Shown here one piece after another: positions 18,652 to 29,286 of a stretch of DNA of 64,000 nt (position 1 is its first letter; each line of letters opens with the position of its first letter). This stretch comes from an uncultured Nitrososphaerota archaeon (lineage in GTDB: Archaea > Thermoproteota > Nitrososphaeria > Nitrososphaerales > Gagatemarchaeaceae): contig OY969807.1 in the NCBI GenBank assembly GCA_963703285.1, positions 32,001 to 96,000 of the forward strand. Reading direction: 5' to 3'. The translations under genes were made by a program, and so were the position numbers. The notes under the pieces were generated by a model. The model had not been told where the DNA came from. It saw nothing but the letters and a program-made list of their open reading frames with translations, and did no database searches.

Positions 18652-19296
18652 ATGGTTATCGCCAAGGTCAAAGTGCTCGAGGAGAGCGACGAGAAGGTCT
18701 CGTTACAGCTAGAGGGCGTAGACCGGTCCTACGCCAACGCCATCCGGCGCTTCTGCATCTCCGAGGTCCCCGCCATGGCCATCGACGACATCGTGATCCT
18801 CGAGAACTCCTCGGTGCTCTACGACGAGATCCTCGCCCACAGGCTTGGGATGATCCCCCTCCGCACCGACCTTGAGCGCTACGTCCTCCCCGAGAAGTGC
18901 GACTGCGGCAACCCGCTCGGGTGCCAGAAGTGCAGGGTGCTCATCGTCCTCGACGCCGTCGCGACCGACAAGCCGCGCACCGTCCTCTCCGGAGACCTGG
19001 TCTCCGAGGACAGGGAGATACGGCCCGTAAGCCCGAACATACCGATAGTCAAGCTGGCCGCTGGCCAGTCCGTGAAGCTCGAGGCGTACGCCAGGCTCGG
19101 GAGGGCCAAGGAGCACGCCAAGTGGCAGCCCTCGACCACGTCGGTGTTACTGGAGGGCAAGCCGGAGGGCTCGTTCATACTGAAGGTGGAGAGCTCGGGC
19201 TCGATGCCAGCCAAGGAGATTGTGACACGGGCTATCCAGAAGCTGGAGGAGAAGCTGCAGGACCTGCACACCGAAGTGAGTAGTAAGACAGAATGA
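18652..19296 (+). CDS. rpoD: DNA-directed RNA polymerase subunit D (Rpo3)
   Basis: ANAIRR, ENSSVLYDEILAHRLGMIPL, a Cys cluster and KEHAKWQP. Confidence 0.96.
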   Translation: MVIAKVKVLEESDEKVSLQLEGVDRSYANAIRRFCISEVPAMAIDDIVILENSSVLYDEILAHRLGMIPLRTDLERYVLPEKCDCGNPLGCQKCRVLIVLDAVATDKPRTVLSGDLVSEDREIRPVSPNIPIVKLAAGQSVKLEAYARLGRAKEHAKWQPSTTSVLLEGKPEGSFILKVESSGSMPAKEIVTRAIQKLEEKLQDLHTEVSSKTE

Positions 19297-19643
19297 AGTC
19301 CAACACAGTCCTCAGGACACAGGCAATAATGCTCGAGAGGCTCGGAAGGAAGCAGAAGATCGGCGTCTGGAGGGACGCCGCGGCCTACCTGAGCGCGCCG
19401 ACCCGCAACGAGACGATCGTCAACGTGACGAGGCTCGCCCGCGCAGAGGAGGGCGACGCACCGCTCTTCGTCCCGGGCAAGGTGCTGGGAGGGGGGGCGC
19501 TGGAGAAGAAGGTGGTCGTCGGCGCGTTCTCGTTCTCCTCCGCCGCTAGGAAGAAGATAGAGACCGCCGGGGGCGAGGCGCTGGGGATAGATGAGTTCGT
19601 GAAGCGGTTCCCAGACGGGAGTGGTGTCAGACTTGTCAAGTGA
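19293..19643 (+). CDS. rpl18e: 50S ribosomal protein L18e
   Basis: VPGKVLGGG and FSSAARKKI motifs; conserved gene order. Confidence 0.95.
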   Translation: MKSNTVLRTQAIMLERLGRKQKIGVWRDAAAYLSAPTRNETIVNVTRLARAEEGDAPLFVPGKVLGGGALEKKVVVGAFSFSSAARKKIETAGGEALGIDEFVKRFPDGSGVRLVK

Positions 19644-20076
19644 ACAGAACACGATCTACGTGGACGCCTCGGGGCAGATAGCGGGGCGCATGTGCTCCAA
19701 GGTCGCCCTCGAGCTGCTGTCCGGCAAGCGGGTCGTCGTCCTCAACGCGGAGAACGCCCTGGTCTCGGGCAGGGCCAGCAGCGTCTACCGGCAGTGGCAG
19801 GCGAGGCTTGAGATATACAGCCACGTGAACCCGATATACGGGCCCATCCATCCGCGGAGGCCCGACAACATCCTCCGAAGGATGGTCCGCGGCATGGTCC
19901 CGAAGACCAAGGCCAAGGGTGTGAGCGCCATGTCCCGGCTCCGTGTCTACATGGGAGTCCCGACCAAGTACGCAGGCGTCAAGGCGAGCAAGTTCGACGA
20001 CGCCCTTGCGACGAGGCCGCTCCCGAGCTACACGACGATCGCCGAGATAGCGAAGAACATAGGATGGAATGGTTAA
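19633..20076 (+). CDS. rpl13: 50S ribosomal protein L13 (uL13)
   Basis: VDASGQIAGR and GPIHPRRPDNILRRMVRGMVP motifs. Confidence 0.95.
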   Translation: MSSEQNTIYVDASGQIAGRMCSKVALELLSGKRVVVLNAENALVSGRASSVYRQWQARLEIYSHVNPIYGPIHPRRPDNILRRMVRGMVPKTKAKGVSAMSRLRVYMGVPTKYAGVKASKFDDALATRPLPSYTTIAEIAKNIGWNG

Positions 20077-20077
20077 G

Positions 20078-20500
20078 ATGGTATCCCAATCCAAGCAGAA
20101 GACGAAGCCCAAGCTCTATCCCGGCTCGAGGAAGACGTCCAGGGCGACGGCGGCGATACACGCAGGGCAGGGGCGGATACGCGTCAACGGGGTGCCGCTC
20201 GAACTCTGCGAGCCGGAGGTGGCCAGGCTGCACATGCTCTCCCCCGTCGCGGTCGTCGGGGACCTGAGGGAGAAGTACGACATCGACGTAAACGTCTCCG
20301 GCGGCGGATTCATGAGCCAGGCCGACGCGGTCGCCATGTCCCTTGCGAGGGCCTACGTCGACCAGGTGAAGGGGGCCGAGCTCCGGGAGAGGATGAACGC
20401 CTTCAGCAAGTACCTCCTGTCGGGCGACCCCAGGCAGACGGAGCCCAAGAAGTTCGGCGGCCCCGGGGCCAGGCGCAAGAGGCAGAAATCATACCGGTGA
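20078..20500 (+). CDS. rps9: 30S ribosomal protein S9 (uS9)
   Basis: [16 protein letters not shown] and [19 protein letters not shown] motifs. Confidence 0.97.
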   Translation: MVSQSKQKTKPKLYPGSRKTSRATAAIHAGQGRIRVNGVPLELCEPEVARLHMLSPVAVVGDLREKYDIDVNVSGGGFMSQADAVAMSLARAYVDQVKGAELRERMNAFSKYLLSGDPRQTEPKKFGGPGARRKRQKSYR

Positions 20501-20507
20501 GAATGAT

Positions 20508-20720
20508 ATGTTAGTACCCATCCGATGCTTCACGTGCGGGAAGCTCATAGGCGACAAGTTCTCCGAGCTCGAGGTCCGCGTCAAGGCCGGCGAGGACCCG
20601 GGGAAGGTCCTCGACGAGCTCCAGGTCACGAGGTACTGCTGCAGAAGGATGATGATAACATCAGTCGACCTGATCGACCAGGTCCTCCCCTACTACCAGC
20701 AGAAGAACCCCGGACCCTGA
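20508..20720 (+). CDS. rpoN: DNA-directed RNA polymerase subunit N (Rpo10)
   Basis: PIRCFTCG and RYCCRRM motifs. Confidence 0.97.
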   Translation: MLVPIRCFTCGKLIGDKFSELEVRVKAGEDPGKVLDELQVTRYCCRRMMITSVDLIDQVLPYYQQKNPGP

Positions 20721-20728
20721 GCTGAAGG

Positions 20729-21964
20729 ATGCAGATTCAGGACGTCCGGCTGAGAATCTGTTTCAACGGCCGTGGAGACCTCGGAATCGAGGCGGACGTC
20801 AGGGTGGGCGGGAAGCTCGGGCGAGCGCTCTCCCCCTCGGGGGCCAGCCGCGGTTCGAACGAGGCGCTCCCCTTCGCCGGAGGCAGCGCTGACAGAACGG
20901 TGGCGGAGTTCGAGACCTACAAGCGCAGGATCGTCGGCTTCGACGCCGCCGACATCGACGGGCTGGGCCGTCTCCTGAGGGAGATAGACGGGACGACGGA
21001 CTACTCCCGCATCGGCGGCTCGCTGGCCTACTCCGTGAGCGTCGCTGCGGCCGAGGCCGAGGCGAACGCAAGGGGCATCCCCCTCTGCAGGGTGATCGAC
21101 CCCGATTCTTCGGTGATCGCATTCCCCCTCGGGAACGTGATCGGTGGAGGCAAGCACGCCAGCGACCTCTCCCCGTCAGTCCAGGAGATACTCGTCACGG
21201 CGGTGGGCGCGGGGTCAGTGAGCGAGGCCGAGCAGCTGAACTTCGAGGTGCACAGGGCCGTTGGAAAGCGGCTCTCCAAGATGCTCTCCTACCCGCTCGG
21301 GAGGGGGGACGAGGGTGGCTGGGCCCCCGGGATAACGGACGAGCAGGCTCTGCTCGTGGTCTCCGAGGAGGCGGCGCGGGTCCAGGACGAGCGTGGCAGG
21401 AGGATCCGCGTGGGGGTCGACGTCGCAGCCGACAGCCTGCACGACGATAAGAAGGGCGGATACTTTTACCGGTCGACGGGGAAAACACTCTCGAGGGAGG
21501 AGCAGATCGCTTTCATCGGGGAGATCGTGGACAGGTTCGGCCTCTTCTACGTCGAGGACCCCCTCTACGAGGACGACTTCGAAGGCTACGCGAAGCTCCA
21601 CTCGTCGCTCGGCAGGACCCTGATAGTGGGCGACGACCTCTACACGACAGACCCCGAACGCCTCAGGACGGGGATTGAGAGGAAGAGCACCAACGGCGTG
21701 ATCGTCAAGGTGAACCAGATAGGGACGCTGGGAGAGGCCGCGCGCTTCTCCAAGCTCGCCCGCGAGCACGGCCAGCTCCTGGCGGCCTCCCACCGGTCGG
21801 GCGACAACGAGGGCGGCCACCTGGCCCACTTCGCCGTCGGGTTCGGCTGCGCCCTGATGAAGTGCGGCGTGGTCGGCGGCGAGAGGACGGCGAAGGTGAA
21901 CGAGCTTATCCGCATCTCGGAGACCCTCGGCGCGAACCCCGACCCGTCGTGGGCCGGTCCGTGA
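20729..21964 (+). CDS. eno: enolase
   Basis: PSGASRG, GDEGGW, EDP, VGDDL, KVNQIGT and SHRSG motifs. Confidence 0.93.
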   Translation: MQIQDVRLRICFNGRGDLGIEADVRVGGKLGRALSPSGASRGSNEALPFAGGSADRTVAEFETYKRRIVGFDAADIDGLGRLLREIDGTTDYSRIGGSLAYSVSVAAAEAEANARGIPLCRVIDPDSSVIAFPLGNVIGGGKHASDLSPSVQEILVTAVGAGSVSEAEQLNFEVHRAVGKRLSKMLSYPLGRGDEGGWAPGITDEQALLVVSEEAARVQDERGRRIRVGVDVAADSLHDDKKGGYFYRSTGKTLSREEQIAFIGEIVDRFGLFYVEDPLYEDDFEGYAKLHSSLGRTLIVGDDLYTTDPERLRTGIERKSTNGVIVKVNQIGTLGEAARFSKLAREHGQLLAASHRSGDNEGGHLAHFAVGFGCALMKCGVVGGERTAKVNELIRISETLGANPDPSWAGP

Positions 21965-22105
21965 CGGTGGCGTGCAACTCTTCGACCTCAATACGCTTAA
22001 AAGACGTTACCCGGGAAGCCGAAAGGCTCGAGACAGCAACATTGGTGAACTGGAATAAGTAACATTGCGGAACACGGCGATGACGAGGGCGGGTCTGAGG
22101 AGAAG

Positions 22106-22735
22106 ATGGTCATCCCCCAGCTCTCTGAGAAGGCCCTCCTGGCTACGGGCATCAGGATAGGGACCCAGGTCCGCACCAAGACAATGGAGCAGTTCACGAC
22201 AAGGCCGAGGCCTGACGGGCTCCACCTCATCGATTACTCCAAGACGCTCCACAGGATCGACGTCGCGGGCAGGTTCATCGCGTTCATGGGCGCTGCAAAC
22301 ACGGTGGTCTACGCGTCCAAGGACTACGGCAGGGTCCCGGTCGAGAAGTTCTGCGAGGTGACCGGGGCGATCGCGGTCACCGGTAGGTTCATGCCGGGGA
22401 CGTTCACCAACCCGCTCTACCCAGGCCACCTCGATGCCGAGCTGGTGGTCGTGGCCGACCCGGCCTCCGACACCCAGGCGATCATCGAGGCCGCGAAGAT
22501 GGGCATCCCGGTCATCGCCGTCTGCGACACAGACAACATCACCGACGACGTCGACGTCGTCATCCCTGGGAACAACAGGGGAAGGAAGGCGCTCGCGGCG
22601 ATATTCTGGCTCCTCGCCAGGTCGGTGCAGACCCACTCTGGGGCCCTAGCGGGGGACCAGCAGATGAAGTACACCATCGACGACTTCGAGACCAAGCTCC
22701 TCGAGTCCGACCTCGAGGGCGAGGAAGAAGAGTAA
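22106..22735 (+). CDS. rps2: 30S ribosomal protein S2 (uS2)
   Basis: GRFMPGTFTNP and IPGNNRGRKAL motifs; true start may be slightly upstream. Confidence 0.95.
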   Translation: MVIPQLSEKALLATGIRIGTQVRTKTMEQFTTRPRPDGLHLIDYSKTLHRIDVAGRFIAFMGAANTVVYASKDYGRVPVEKFCEVTGAIAVTGRFMPGTFTNPLYPGHLDAELVVVADPASDTQAIIEAAKMGIPVIAVCDTDNITDDVDVVIPGNNRGRKALAAIFWLLARSVQTHSGALAGDQQMKYTIDDFETKLLESDLEGEEEE

Positions 22736-22778
22736 GCTCCAAATCTCTTAAATCAAGACCACCGCCTCGGTATCCCCA

Positions 22779-23618
22779 ATGATTGCAAGGAGGCCTGTGG
22801 TCGCGGGTAGCTTCTACCCCGAGGATCCGGCGGAGCTGAGGTCTCTTATACGCAAGTCCTACAAGCACCCGCTCGGTCCGGGGTCGCTCCCACCGTCGAA
22901 GGTCGCCGCGGAGGGGGTCATGGCCTGCGTCTGCCCCCACGCCGGATACATCTACTCCGGCCCCGTCGCCGCCCACAGCTTCCTCTGGCTCTCGTCGCTT
23001 CGCCGGCCGGAGCTCGTCGTGATATTCGGTCCGAACCACTACGGCCTAGGGAGCGGCATCTCCACATTCCGGGAGGGAGCGTGGGCGACGCCGCTCGGCA
23101 ACCTCCAGGTCGACACCGAGGCGGCCGCGAGGATCGTCGAACTCACGGGGCTCGTCGACTACGACCCGGAGTCCCAGAGGAGGGAGCACTCGATAGAGGT
23201 CCAGCTGCCCTTCCTGCAGGAGATCTACACCTCCTTCAAGTTCCTCCCCATCTGCCTCTCGTTCCAGGACATCGAGACCGCCAGAGAGCTCGGCAGGGGC
23301 GTCTCCCGCCTCCTGAAGGGCCGCAACGCGATACTCATCGCCTCCTCCGACCTCACCCACTACGAGCCCGCCGCGGTCGCCAGGGAGAAGGACGCGGCCC
23401 TCCTCGAGACAGTGATGCGGCTCGACGTCGAAGCCTTCTACGGGGTCCTCGAGGCCCGGGGCGTGACGGCCTGCGGCTACGGGGCCATCGCAACCGTGAT
23501 GGAGGCGAGCCGTCTGCTCGGCTTCGGGCGCGGCGTACTGCAGAAATACGCAACCAGCGGGGAGACGACCGGAGACAACGATGCCGTCGTGGGCTATCCC
23601 TCCGTCGTATTCCGGTGA
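22779..23618 (+). CDS. MEMO1 family protein (AmmeMemoRadiSam protein B)
   Basis: RRPVVAGSFYP, PHAGYIYSG, EHSIEVQLPFL, SSDLTH and CG motifs. Confidence 0.93.
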   Translation: MIARRPVVAGSFYPEDPAELRSLIRKSYKHPLGPGSLPPSKVAAEGVMACVCPHAGYIYSGPVAAHSFLWLSSLRRPELVVIFGPNHYGLGSGISTFREGAWATPLGNLQVDTEAAARIVELTGLVDYDPESQRREHSIEVQLPFLQEIYTSFKFLPICLSFQDIETARELGRGVSRLLKGRNAILIASSDLTHYEPAAVAREKDAALLETVMRLDVEAFYGVLEARGVTACGYGAIATVMEASRLLGFGRGVLQKYATSGETTGDNDAVVGYPSVVFR

Positions 23619-23624
23619 CCCTGC

Positions 23625-24557
23625 TTGAAGGTCGTCGCCGAGGCTCCCGGAAAGGTCATCATAACCGGGGAACACTTCGTGGTGCACGGGGCGCTCGCCC
23701 TCGCGGCTGCCCTCGGCCAGAGGACAAGAGTGGAGGCCTCCCAGTCGGCCGGCCTCGTGGTGGAGACACCCGTCACCGGAGGCAGGCCCGCCGGTTCCGC
23801 GCCACTGCCCGTCGAGAAGGTGGTCAGGGAGATGTACAGGGAGAGGTCGATCGAGCCCCGGGTGAGGGTGGCGGTCAGCTCCGAGCTCCCCCCGGGGGCG
23901 GGTCTCGGTTCGTCAGCATCGACGATGGTCGCGGCCGTCGCCGCGGTCAGCAGGCTCGAGGGATGGAACATGGACCTCACCTCGATCATAGAGACGGCGA
24001 TGCTGGGGGAGAGGGCCATCCACGGCCAGCCCTCGGGGATCGACGTCGCGGTCTCCGCGATCGGCGGTGTCATCCAGTTCAGGGTCGGCGAAGAGCCAAG
24101 GAGGATCGACGTCCCGGCGCCCGTCAGGCTGCTTGTCGTCAACTCCGGGGAGAGGCGGTCGTCCAAGCGGCTCATCAGCAAGGTCTCCTCGATGAAGGGC
24201 GTCTACCCGCACCTCTTCTCGAAGCTCTGCGAGTCTGCCTCTCTCGTCACTCAGCTAGCCACCGAGCGCTTCCTAGACGGGAGGCTCGACGAGCTGGGCA
24301 GGATCATGACCTACAACCACGCGGTCCTCGCGACCGTCGGAGCCTCCAACTCGAGGCTCGACCGCCTCGTCGACCGCTGCATAGAGTTAGGGTGCTACGG
24401 GGCAAAGCTGACGGGAGCGGGAGGGGGCGGGAGCGTACTTGCGGTCGCGCCCCGAGCGATCGAGGAGAAGGTCGTGGCCCAGCTCGCGGGGCGGGGCTTC
24501 GCATGCTTTCCCACGGAGGTGCCGTCAGGAGGGGTCAAGGTGTGGACGACAGAATAG
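23625..24557 (+). CDS. mvk: mevalonate kinase
   Basis: PGKVIITGEHFVVHG, PPGAGLGSSA, HGQPSGID and KLTGAGGGG motifs. Confidence 0.95.
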   Translation: MKVVAEAPGKVIITGEHFVVHGALALAAALGQRTRVEASQSAGLVVETPVTGGRPAGSAPLPVEKVVREMYRERSIEPRVRVAVSSELPPGAGLGSSASTMVAAVAAVSRLEGWNMDLTSIIETAMLGERAIHGQPSGIDVAVSAIGGVIQFRVGEEPRRIDVPAPVRLLVVNSGERRSSKRLISKVSSMKGVYPHLFSKLCESASLVTQLATERFLDGRLDELGRIMTYNHAVLATVGASNSRLDRLVDRCIELGCYGAKLTGAGGGGSVLAVAPRAIEEKVVAQLAGRGFACFPTEVPSGGVKVWTTE

Positions 24558-25315
24558 TCGTGGTCAAGATCGGCGGCTCGCTCATGGGCAAGGAGCCCGA
24601 GTTTTCCTACAGGGCAGAGGCGGTCGCTCCCGTGGCGAGGGCGATAGCCCGCTCCGGCGTCAAGGTGGTCGTCGTCCACGGAGGCGGGGCGTTCGGCCAC
24701 CCCGTCGCGAAGAGATACGGCCTCTCTTCGAGCTCGACAAGCCGCTCATCGAGGGGCGTAAGCGAGACGCGGCGCGCCATGTTCGACCTCAACATCCGCG
24801 TCTGCGACTCGCTGATGGCCGAGGGGCTCCGCCCCTACGCCTTCTCGCCCTTCCCCCTACTCGCCTCCGCGGGGAGGAGGGGCGAGGCCTGGCTCCGCTG
24901 GCTGCTCTCCGAGTCGCTCACCCCGGTCACCTTCGGTGACGTCGTCCGCGACGGGGAGGGGTTCAGGGTACTTTCGGGAGACTCCATCGCCCGCCAGCTC
25001 TCGACGCTCCTGCGCGCGGAGCGCTGCGTCTTCGCGGTGGACGTCGAGGGCGTCATGGGGCCCCGCGGGCTCCTGAGCACCATCGACGCGAAGACCCTCG
25101 CCGAGCTGGAGTTCGCGGAGTCCCGCGACGCGACCGGAGGGATGCGGCAGAAGCTGAGGGAGGCGCTCGAGATCGCCAGCGCCGGGACCGAGGTCGCGAT
25201 CGTCTCCGGTCTCAGACCTGCAGAATTCTCCAAAGCCTTAAAGGGTCTCAGCTTTCACGGCACCACAGTCGAGGTTCCTTCCCGTGACCAAGAGCGAAGA
25301 CGCGAGCGTTCGTGA
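24542..25315 (+). CDS. ipk: isopentenyl phosphate kinase
   Basis: VKIGGS, VHGGGAFGH, SGD and DATGGMRQKL motifs; GTG start at 24542 inside the long 23081 ORF call. Confidence 0.92.
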   Translation: MDDRIVVVKIGGSLMGKEPEFSYRAEAVAPVARAIARSGVKVVVVHGGGAFGHPVAKRYGLSSSSTSRSSRGVSETRRAMFDLNIRVCDSLMAEGLRPYAFSPFPLLASAGRRGEAWLRWLLSESLTPVTFGDVVRDGEGFRVLSGDSIARQLSTLLRAERCVFAVDVEGVMGPRGLLSTIDAKTLAELEFAESRDATGGMRQKLREALEIASAGTEVAIVSGLRPAEFSKALKGLSFHGTTVEVPSRDQERRRERS

Positions 25316-26363
25316 AGTAGTCCGCAGGAAGGAAGAAGGGATCGACGTGGTCCTGGGGAAGGACGTCCAGGCTAGGGAGGTGACTACGCTGCTCGAGTGC
25401 GTCCACCTGATACACTGCGCGCTCCCGGAGATGGACATGGCCGAGATAGACCTCTCGACGGACTTCCTCGGAAAGAAGCTCCTCTCCCCGATCGTGGTGG
25501 ACTCGATGACCGGCGGCGCCCCCAAGGCGGAGGAGATCAACGGGACGCTCGCCGAGGTCGCCGAGGAGATGGGGTTCGCGATGGGGCTCGGGAGCCAGAG
25601 GGCCGGTCTGATCTCCGAGGAGATGGCCAGGACCTACTCCATCGCGAGGAAGAAGGCCCCCTCCGCCTTCCTCTTCGCGAACATCGGCGGTGCCCAGCTC
25701 GCCAAGGGGTTCACCGTCAAGGACGCAGAGAGGCTCGTCGCGATGATACAGGCAGACGCCCTCGCCGTCCACCTAAACCCGCTCCAGGAGGTCATCCAGC
25801 CGGAGGGCGAGGCCTCGTTCAAGGGTGTCCTCGCCTCGATAGCGCACCTCTGCGCGGAGATATCGGTCCCCGTCATCGTCAAGGAGGTCGGGGCGGGGAT
25901 AAGCAAGGACGTGGCCCTGGAGCTCGAGGGCGCCGGCGTGAAGGCCATCAACGTCTCGGGCGCAGGCGGGACGAGCTGGGCCGGCGTCGAGGCGATAAGG
26001 GCCGCCGAGAAGAGGAACTCGTCCAAGGCCTCCCTGGGGGCCCTCTTCTGGGACTGGGGGATACCGACCGCAGCCGCGCTCATCGAGGTAAGGGACGCCG
26101 TCTCCGTCCCCGTGATAGCCTCCGGCGGCCTGAGGAACGGCCTCGAGGTCGCCAAGTGCCTCTCCCTCGGCGCAGACCTCTGCGGGATGGCGAGGCCGAT
26201 GCTCGAGAGCGCGACCAGGGGGCGGAGGGCCCTCGAGGAGTTCGCGGAGCAGACCCTCCTGGAGCTGCGGACGTCGATGTTCGTCTCGGGCGCCAGGACA
26301 CCCGCCGAGCTCAGAGAGGTCAGGAAGATAATCACGCCCCCGCTGACCTACTGGGTTGACTGA
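25284..26363 (+). CDS. fni: type 2 isopentenyl-diphosphate delta-isomerase
   Basis: SMTGG, GSQRA, HLNPLQEVIQPEG, KEVGAG and GAGGTSW motifs. Confidence 0.95.
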   Translation: MTKSEDASVREVVRRKEEGIDVVLGKDVQAREVTTLLECVHLIHCALPEMDMAEIDLSTDFLGKKLLSPIVVDSMTGGAPKAEEINGTLAEVAEEMGFAMGLGSQRAGLISEEMARTYSIARKKAPSAFLFANIGGAQLAKGFTVKDAERLVAMIQADALAVHLNPLQEVIQPEGEASFKGVLASIAHLCAEISVPVIVKEVGAGISKDVALELEGAGVKAINVSGAGGTSWAGVEAIRAAEKRNSSKASLGALFWDWGIPTAAALIEVRDAVSVPVIASGGLRNGLEVAKCLSLGADLCGMARPMLESATRGRRALEEFAEQTLLELRTSMFVSGARTPAELREVRKIITPPLTYWVD

Positions 26364-26365
26364 CA

Positions 26366-27400
26366 ATGGTCGACTACGCGCCGATGCTCGACGAGATGAA
26401 GCGGTTCAAGGCGAGGGTCGACCGCCTCGTCCTGGACGAGATACTCCCGGGCTCCCACGCCATACCAGAGGTCGAGCTCCTCTACAGGATGATGAGGGAC
26501 TACCCCGAGCGGGGCGGAAAGGGCATGAGGCCCTACATCTGCGTCACCAGCTGCAGGGCCTTCGGCGGGTCGGAGGAGGACGTCCTGCTCACCGCCTCCT
26601 GCCTGGAGCTCTTCCAGAACTGGATACTCATCCACGACGACATCGAGGACGGGTCCGAGCTCAGGCGCGGGTTGCCGGCGCTCCACAAGAAGTACGACTG
26701 GACCCTCGCCCTCAACGCGGGCGACGCTCTCCACGGGCGGATGTGGCAGGCTCTCCTCGGCAACAAGGAGAGGCTGGGCGGGGAGAGGACGCTCGAGATA
26801 ATGCGAGAGTTCGGGCGAATGATCAACGAGACAACCGAGGGGCAGCAGATGGAGCTCAGCTGGGTCGTCAACAGGACCTGGAAGCTCTCTGAGCACGACT
26901 ACTTCCGGATGTGCACGAAGAAGACCTCCTGGTATACGGCGATAAGCCCCATGCGGCTCGGCGGCCTGGCGGCCGGCGCCGACCGAGACGCCCTAGAGAC
27001 CCTGATAGGCGCCGGGACGAACCTGGGCGTCGCCTTCCAGATACACGACGACGTCCTCAACCTCTCCGCCGGCGCCAAGTACGGCAAGCAGTACGCTGAC
27101 GACCTCCTCGAGGGCAAGCGCACCCTCATCCTGATCCGCCTGCTGGAGGTGTGCAGCCGTGAGGAGAGGCAGAGAGTGGTCGAGCTCTTCGGCCTGTCCA
27201 GGGAGGAGCGCAAGCCGAGGCTCGACGAGCTGCTGGACTTGATAGACAAGTACAAGGTCCTGCCCTTCGCGAACGCGCGGGCCAACCAGCTCCTGGACGA
27301 CGCCCTCGCGACCCTCGGGAAGGTCCGCTGGCCGGGCGACGCGCAGGCGGTCCGGAGGCTCGAAGAGGTGGCGCGCTACTCTGTAGAGCGGGACTGGTAG
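26366..27400 (+). CDS. polyprenyl (geranylgeranyl) diphosphate synthase
   Basis: GGKGMRP, LIHDDIEDGSELRRG, GQQME and FQIHDDVL motifs. Confidence 0.93.
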   Translation: MVDYAPMLDEMKRFKARVDRLVLDEILPGSHAIPEVELLYRMMRDYPERGGKGMRPYICVTSCRAFGGSEEDVLLTASCLELFQNWILIHDDIEDGSELRRGLPALHKKYDWTLALNAGDALHGRMWQALLGNKERLGGERTLEIMREFGRMINETTEGQQMELSWVVNRTWKLSEHDYFRMCTKKTSWYTAISPMRLGGLAAGADRDALETLIGAGTNLGVAFQIHDDVLNLSAGAKYGKQYADDLLEGKRTLILIRLLEVCSREERQRVVELFGLSREERKPRLDELLDLIDKYKVLPFANARANQLLDDALATLGKVRWPGDAQAVRRLEEVARYSVERDW

Positions 27401-29121
27401 TGACCTTGTCCATCAGCGAGCAGGACCGTTCATCGATGGAGAAGTACGCGCTGCAGAACGCCGTACGGCACGGCGGGAGGGCGGAGACGGGCGCGGTCGT
27501 CTCGAAGGTCCTGGGGGACTCCGCCTCCCTGAGGTCGATCGCGAAGGACGTCGCCCGGGAGTCGGCGGAGGTCGTGGCGGCCGTCAACAAACTCACCCCC
27601 GAGCAGCAGGAGCGGGCGCTTCGGGAGAAGTACCCCGAGGCGCTGGAGGAGCGGAAGCAGGAGCAGAGGGTCGGGCTCCCCCCGCTGCAGGACGCGGTGA
27701 AGGGCGAGTTCGTCGTGAGGCTCCCCCCCGAGCCGTCCGGGTTCATGCACATCGGGCACGCCATGGCCGCCACCATAAACGACGTCTACAGGCAGATGTA
27801 CGACGGGAAGCTCTGGCTGAGGTTCGAGGACACCAACCCGAGGAAGGTGCAGGAGCGCTACTACGAGAGCTTCCGAAGGGGCTACTCCTGGCTTGGGATA
27901 AAGTGGGACCACGAGAAGAACGTCTCCAGCGACGTCGAGCTCATCTACGAGCACGTCCAGGACCTCATCGAGGCGGGGTCCGCCTACGCCTGCTCGTGCG
28001 CCCCGGACGTCATGAAGAAGATGAGGTTCGAGGGCGTCCCCTGCGAGCACCGGTCGAATAGCGTCGAGAGGAACGTCGCCATCTGGGACGAGATGCTCGC
28101 GAGGAAGCACAAGGAGGGGACCTACGTCATCAGGCTCAAGGGGGACCTCTCCAGCCTCGACTACTCCCTCCGCGACCCGAACATCGCCAGGATAATCGAC
28201 TACCCGCACCCCCTCACCGGCGACAAGTACGTCGTCTGGCCGACCTACGACTTCGAGGTCGTCGTCGAGGACCAGGTCTGCTCCGTCACACACGTCCTCC
28301 GGTCCTCCGAGTTCCACGTCGGACTGCAGGAGCTCGTCAGGAAGCTCCTCGGGTTCCCCGAGGTCAGCGTGATCCAGTTCTCGAGATACAACTTCAAGGG
28401 GACGCCGGTCCACAAGAGGTACCTCAGGCCGCTCGTCGAGCAGAAGCTCGTCTCGGGGTGGGACGACCCGAGGATGCCCACCATCGAGGGGGTGATCCGC
28501 CGCGGGATACTCCCCGAGTCCATACGCCAGTTCACGATGGACGTGGGGTACAGCAAGTCGGAGCACACCTTCGACTGGTCGCTCCTATTCGCCGTGAACA
28601 GGAAGCTTCTCGACCCCGTCACAAGGAGGTACTACTTCGTCCCCGACCCCGTCAGGCTCTCGATAGACAACGCGCCCATCAAGGACACCACGATCCCGTA
28701 CCATCCCCTCGAGAACCTCGGTTCGCGTACGGTGAGGTCCGCGGGCGAGTTCTACATCCCGGCGAGCGACCTCGCCGCGGCCGCCCCGGGCCAGGTCATC
28801 AGGCTGATGGAGCTCTTCAACTTCCAGCTCGTCTTCAAGAGCGCCGACCGCGCTCTCGGGCGCTTCACCGACGACGACCTGGTCCAGGGCAGCAAGAAGG
28901 TCCAGTGGGTCGTGGCCGGCCGTTCGCTCGAGATCGAGGTCCTGGAGCCCTCTGAGCTCTACAGGGACGACGGGACCTTCAACCCCGACAGCCTGAAGAC
29001 ACGGAGGGGCTTCGTTGAGGAGTCCTTCAAGGACCTGAAGGTGGGCGACATCGTCCAGTTCCCGCGCTATGGGTTCGTAAGGCTGGACGCGCCGGGACGC
29101 TGCGTGCTCGCACACGGCTAG
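27400..29121 (+). CDS. gltX: glutamate--tRNA ligase
   Basis: PPEPSGFMHIGH, RFEDTNP and GWDDPRMPT motifs. Confidence 0.96.
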   Translation: MTLSISEQDRSSMEKYALQNAVRHGGRAETGAVVSKVLGDSASLRSIAKDVARESAEVVAAVNKLTPEQQERALREKYPEALEERKQEQRVGLPPLQDAVKGEFVVRLPPEPSGFMHIGHAMAATINDVYRQMYDGKLWLRFEDTNPRKVQERYYESFRRGYSWLGIKWDHEKNVSSDVELIYEHVQDLIEAGSAYACSCAPDVMKKMRFEGVPCEHRSNSVERNVAIWDEMLARKHKEGTYVIRLKGDLSSLDYSLRDPNIARIIDYPHPLTGDKYVVWPTYDFEVVVEDQVCSVTHVLRSSEFHVGLQELVRKLLGFPEVSVIQFSRYNFKGTPVHKRYLRPLVEQKLVSGWDDPRMPTIEGVIRRGILPESIRQFTMDVGYSKSEHTFDWSLLFAVNRKLLDPVTRRYYFVPDPVRLSIDNAPIKDTTIPYHPLENLGSRTVRSAGEFYIPASDLAAAAPGQVIRLMELFNFQLVFKSADRALGRFTDDDLVQGSKKVQWVVAGRSLEIEVLEPSELYRDDGTFNPDSLKTRRGFVEESFKDLKVGDIVQFPRYGFVRLDAPGRCVLAHG

Positions 29122-29286
29122 GACGCGGTCGGACGGGCGGTCGGCCGCAATCCCGGGTCACCGAGAGCAAGCCGAGATTGCCCGTGGAGCCCCCAAAGCG
29201 GCCTCAGGGCATCCTCGACTGGAGCGCGCTACCGACCAAGCTTATATGCACCCCGAAAACTGAGCCTGTGGGCGATATAGTTCGAG

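Noticed and set aside
22064-22105. Possible ATT-initiated acidic extension of rps2, and missing canonical starts for the DUF359 kinase and PIN gene
   Set aside because: Cannot be resolved from sequence alone; ordinary alternative starts explain it.
23081-24541. 744-aa ORF 23081-25315 as one large protein
   Set aside because: Only the part from GTG 24542 is isopentenyl phosphate kinase; the rest is an off-frame shadow of MEMO1 and mvk in GC-rich DNA.
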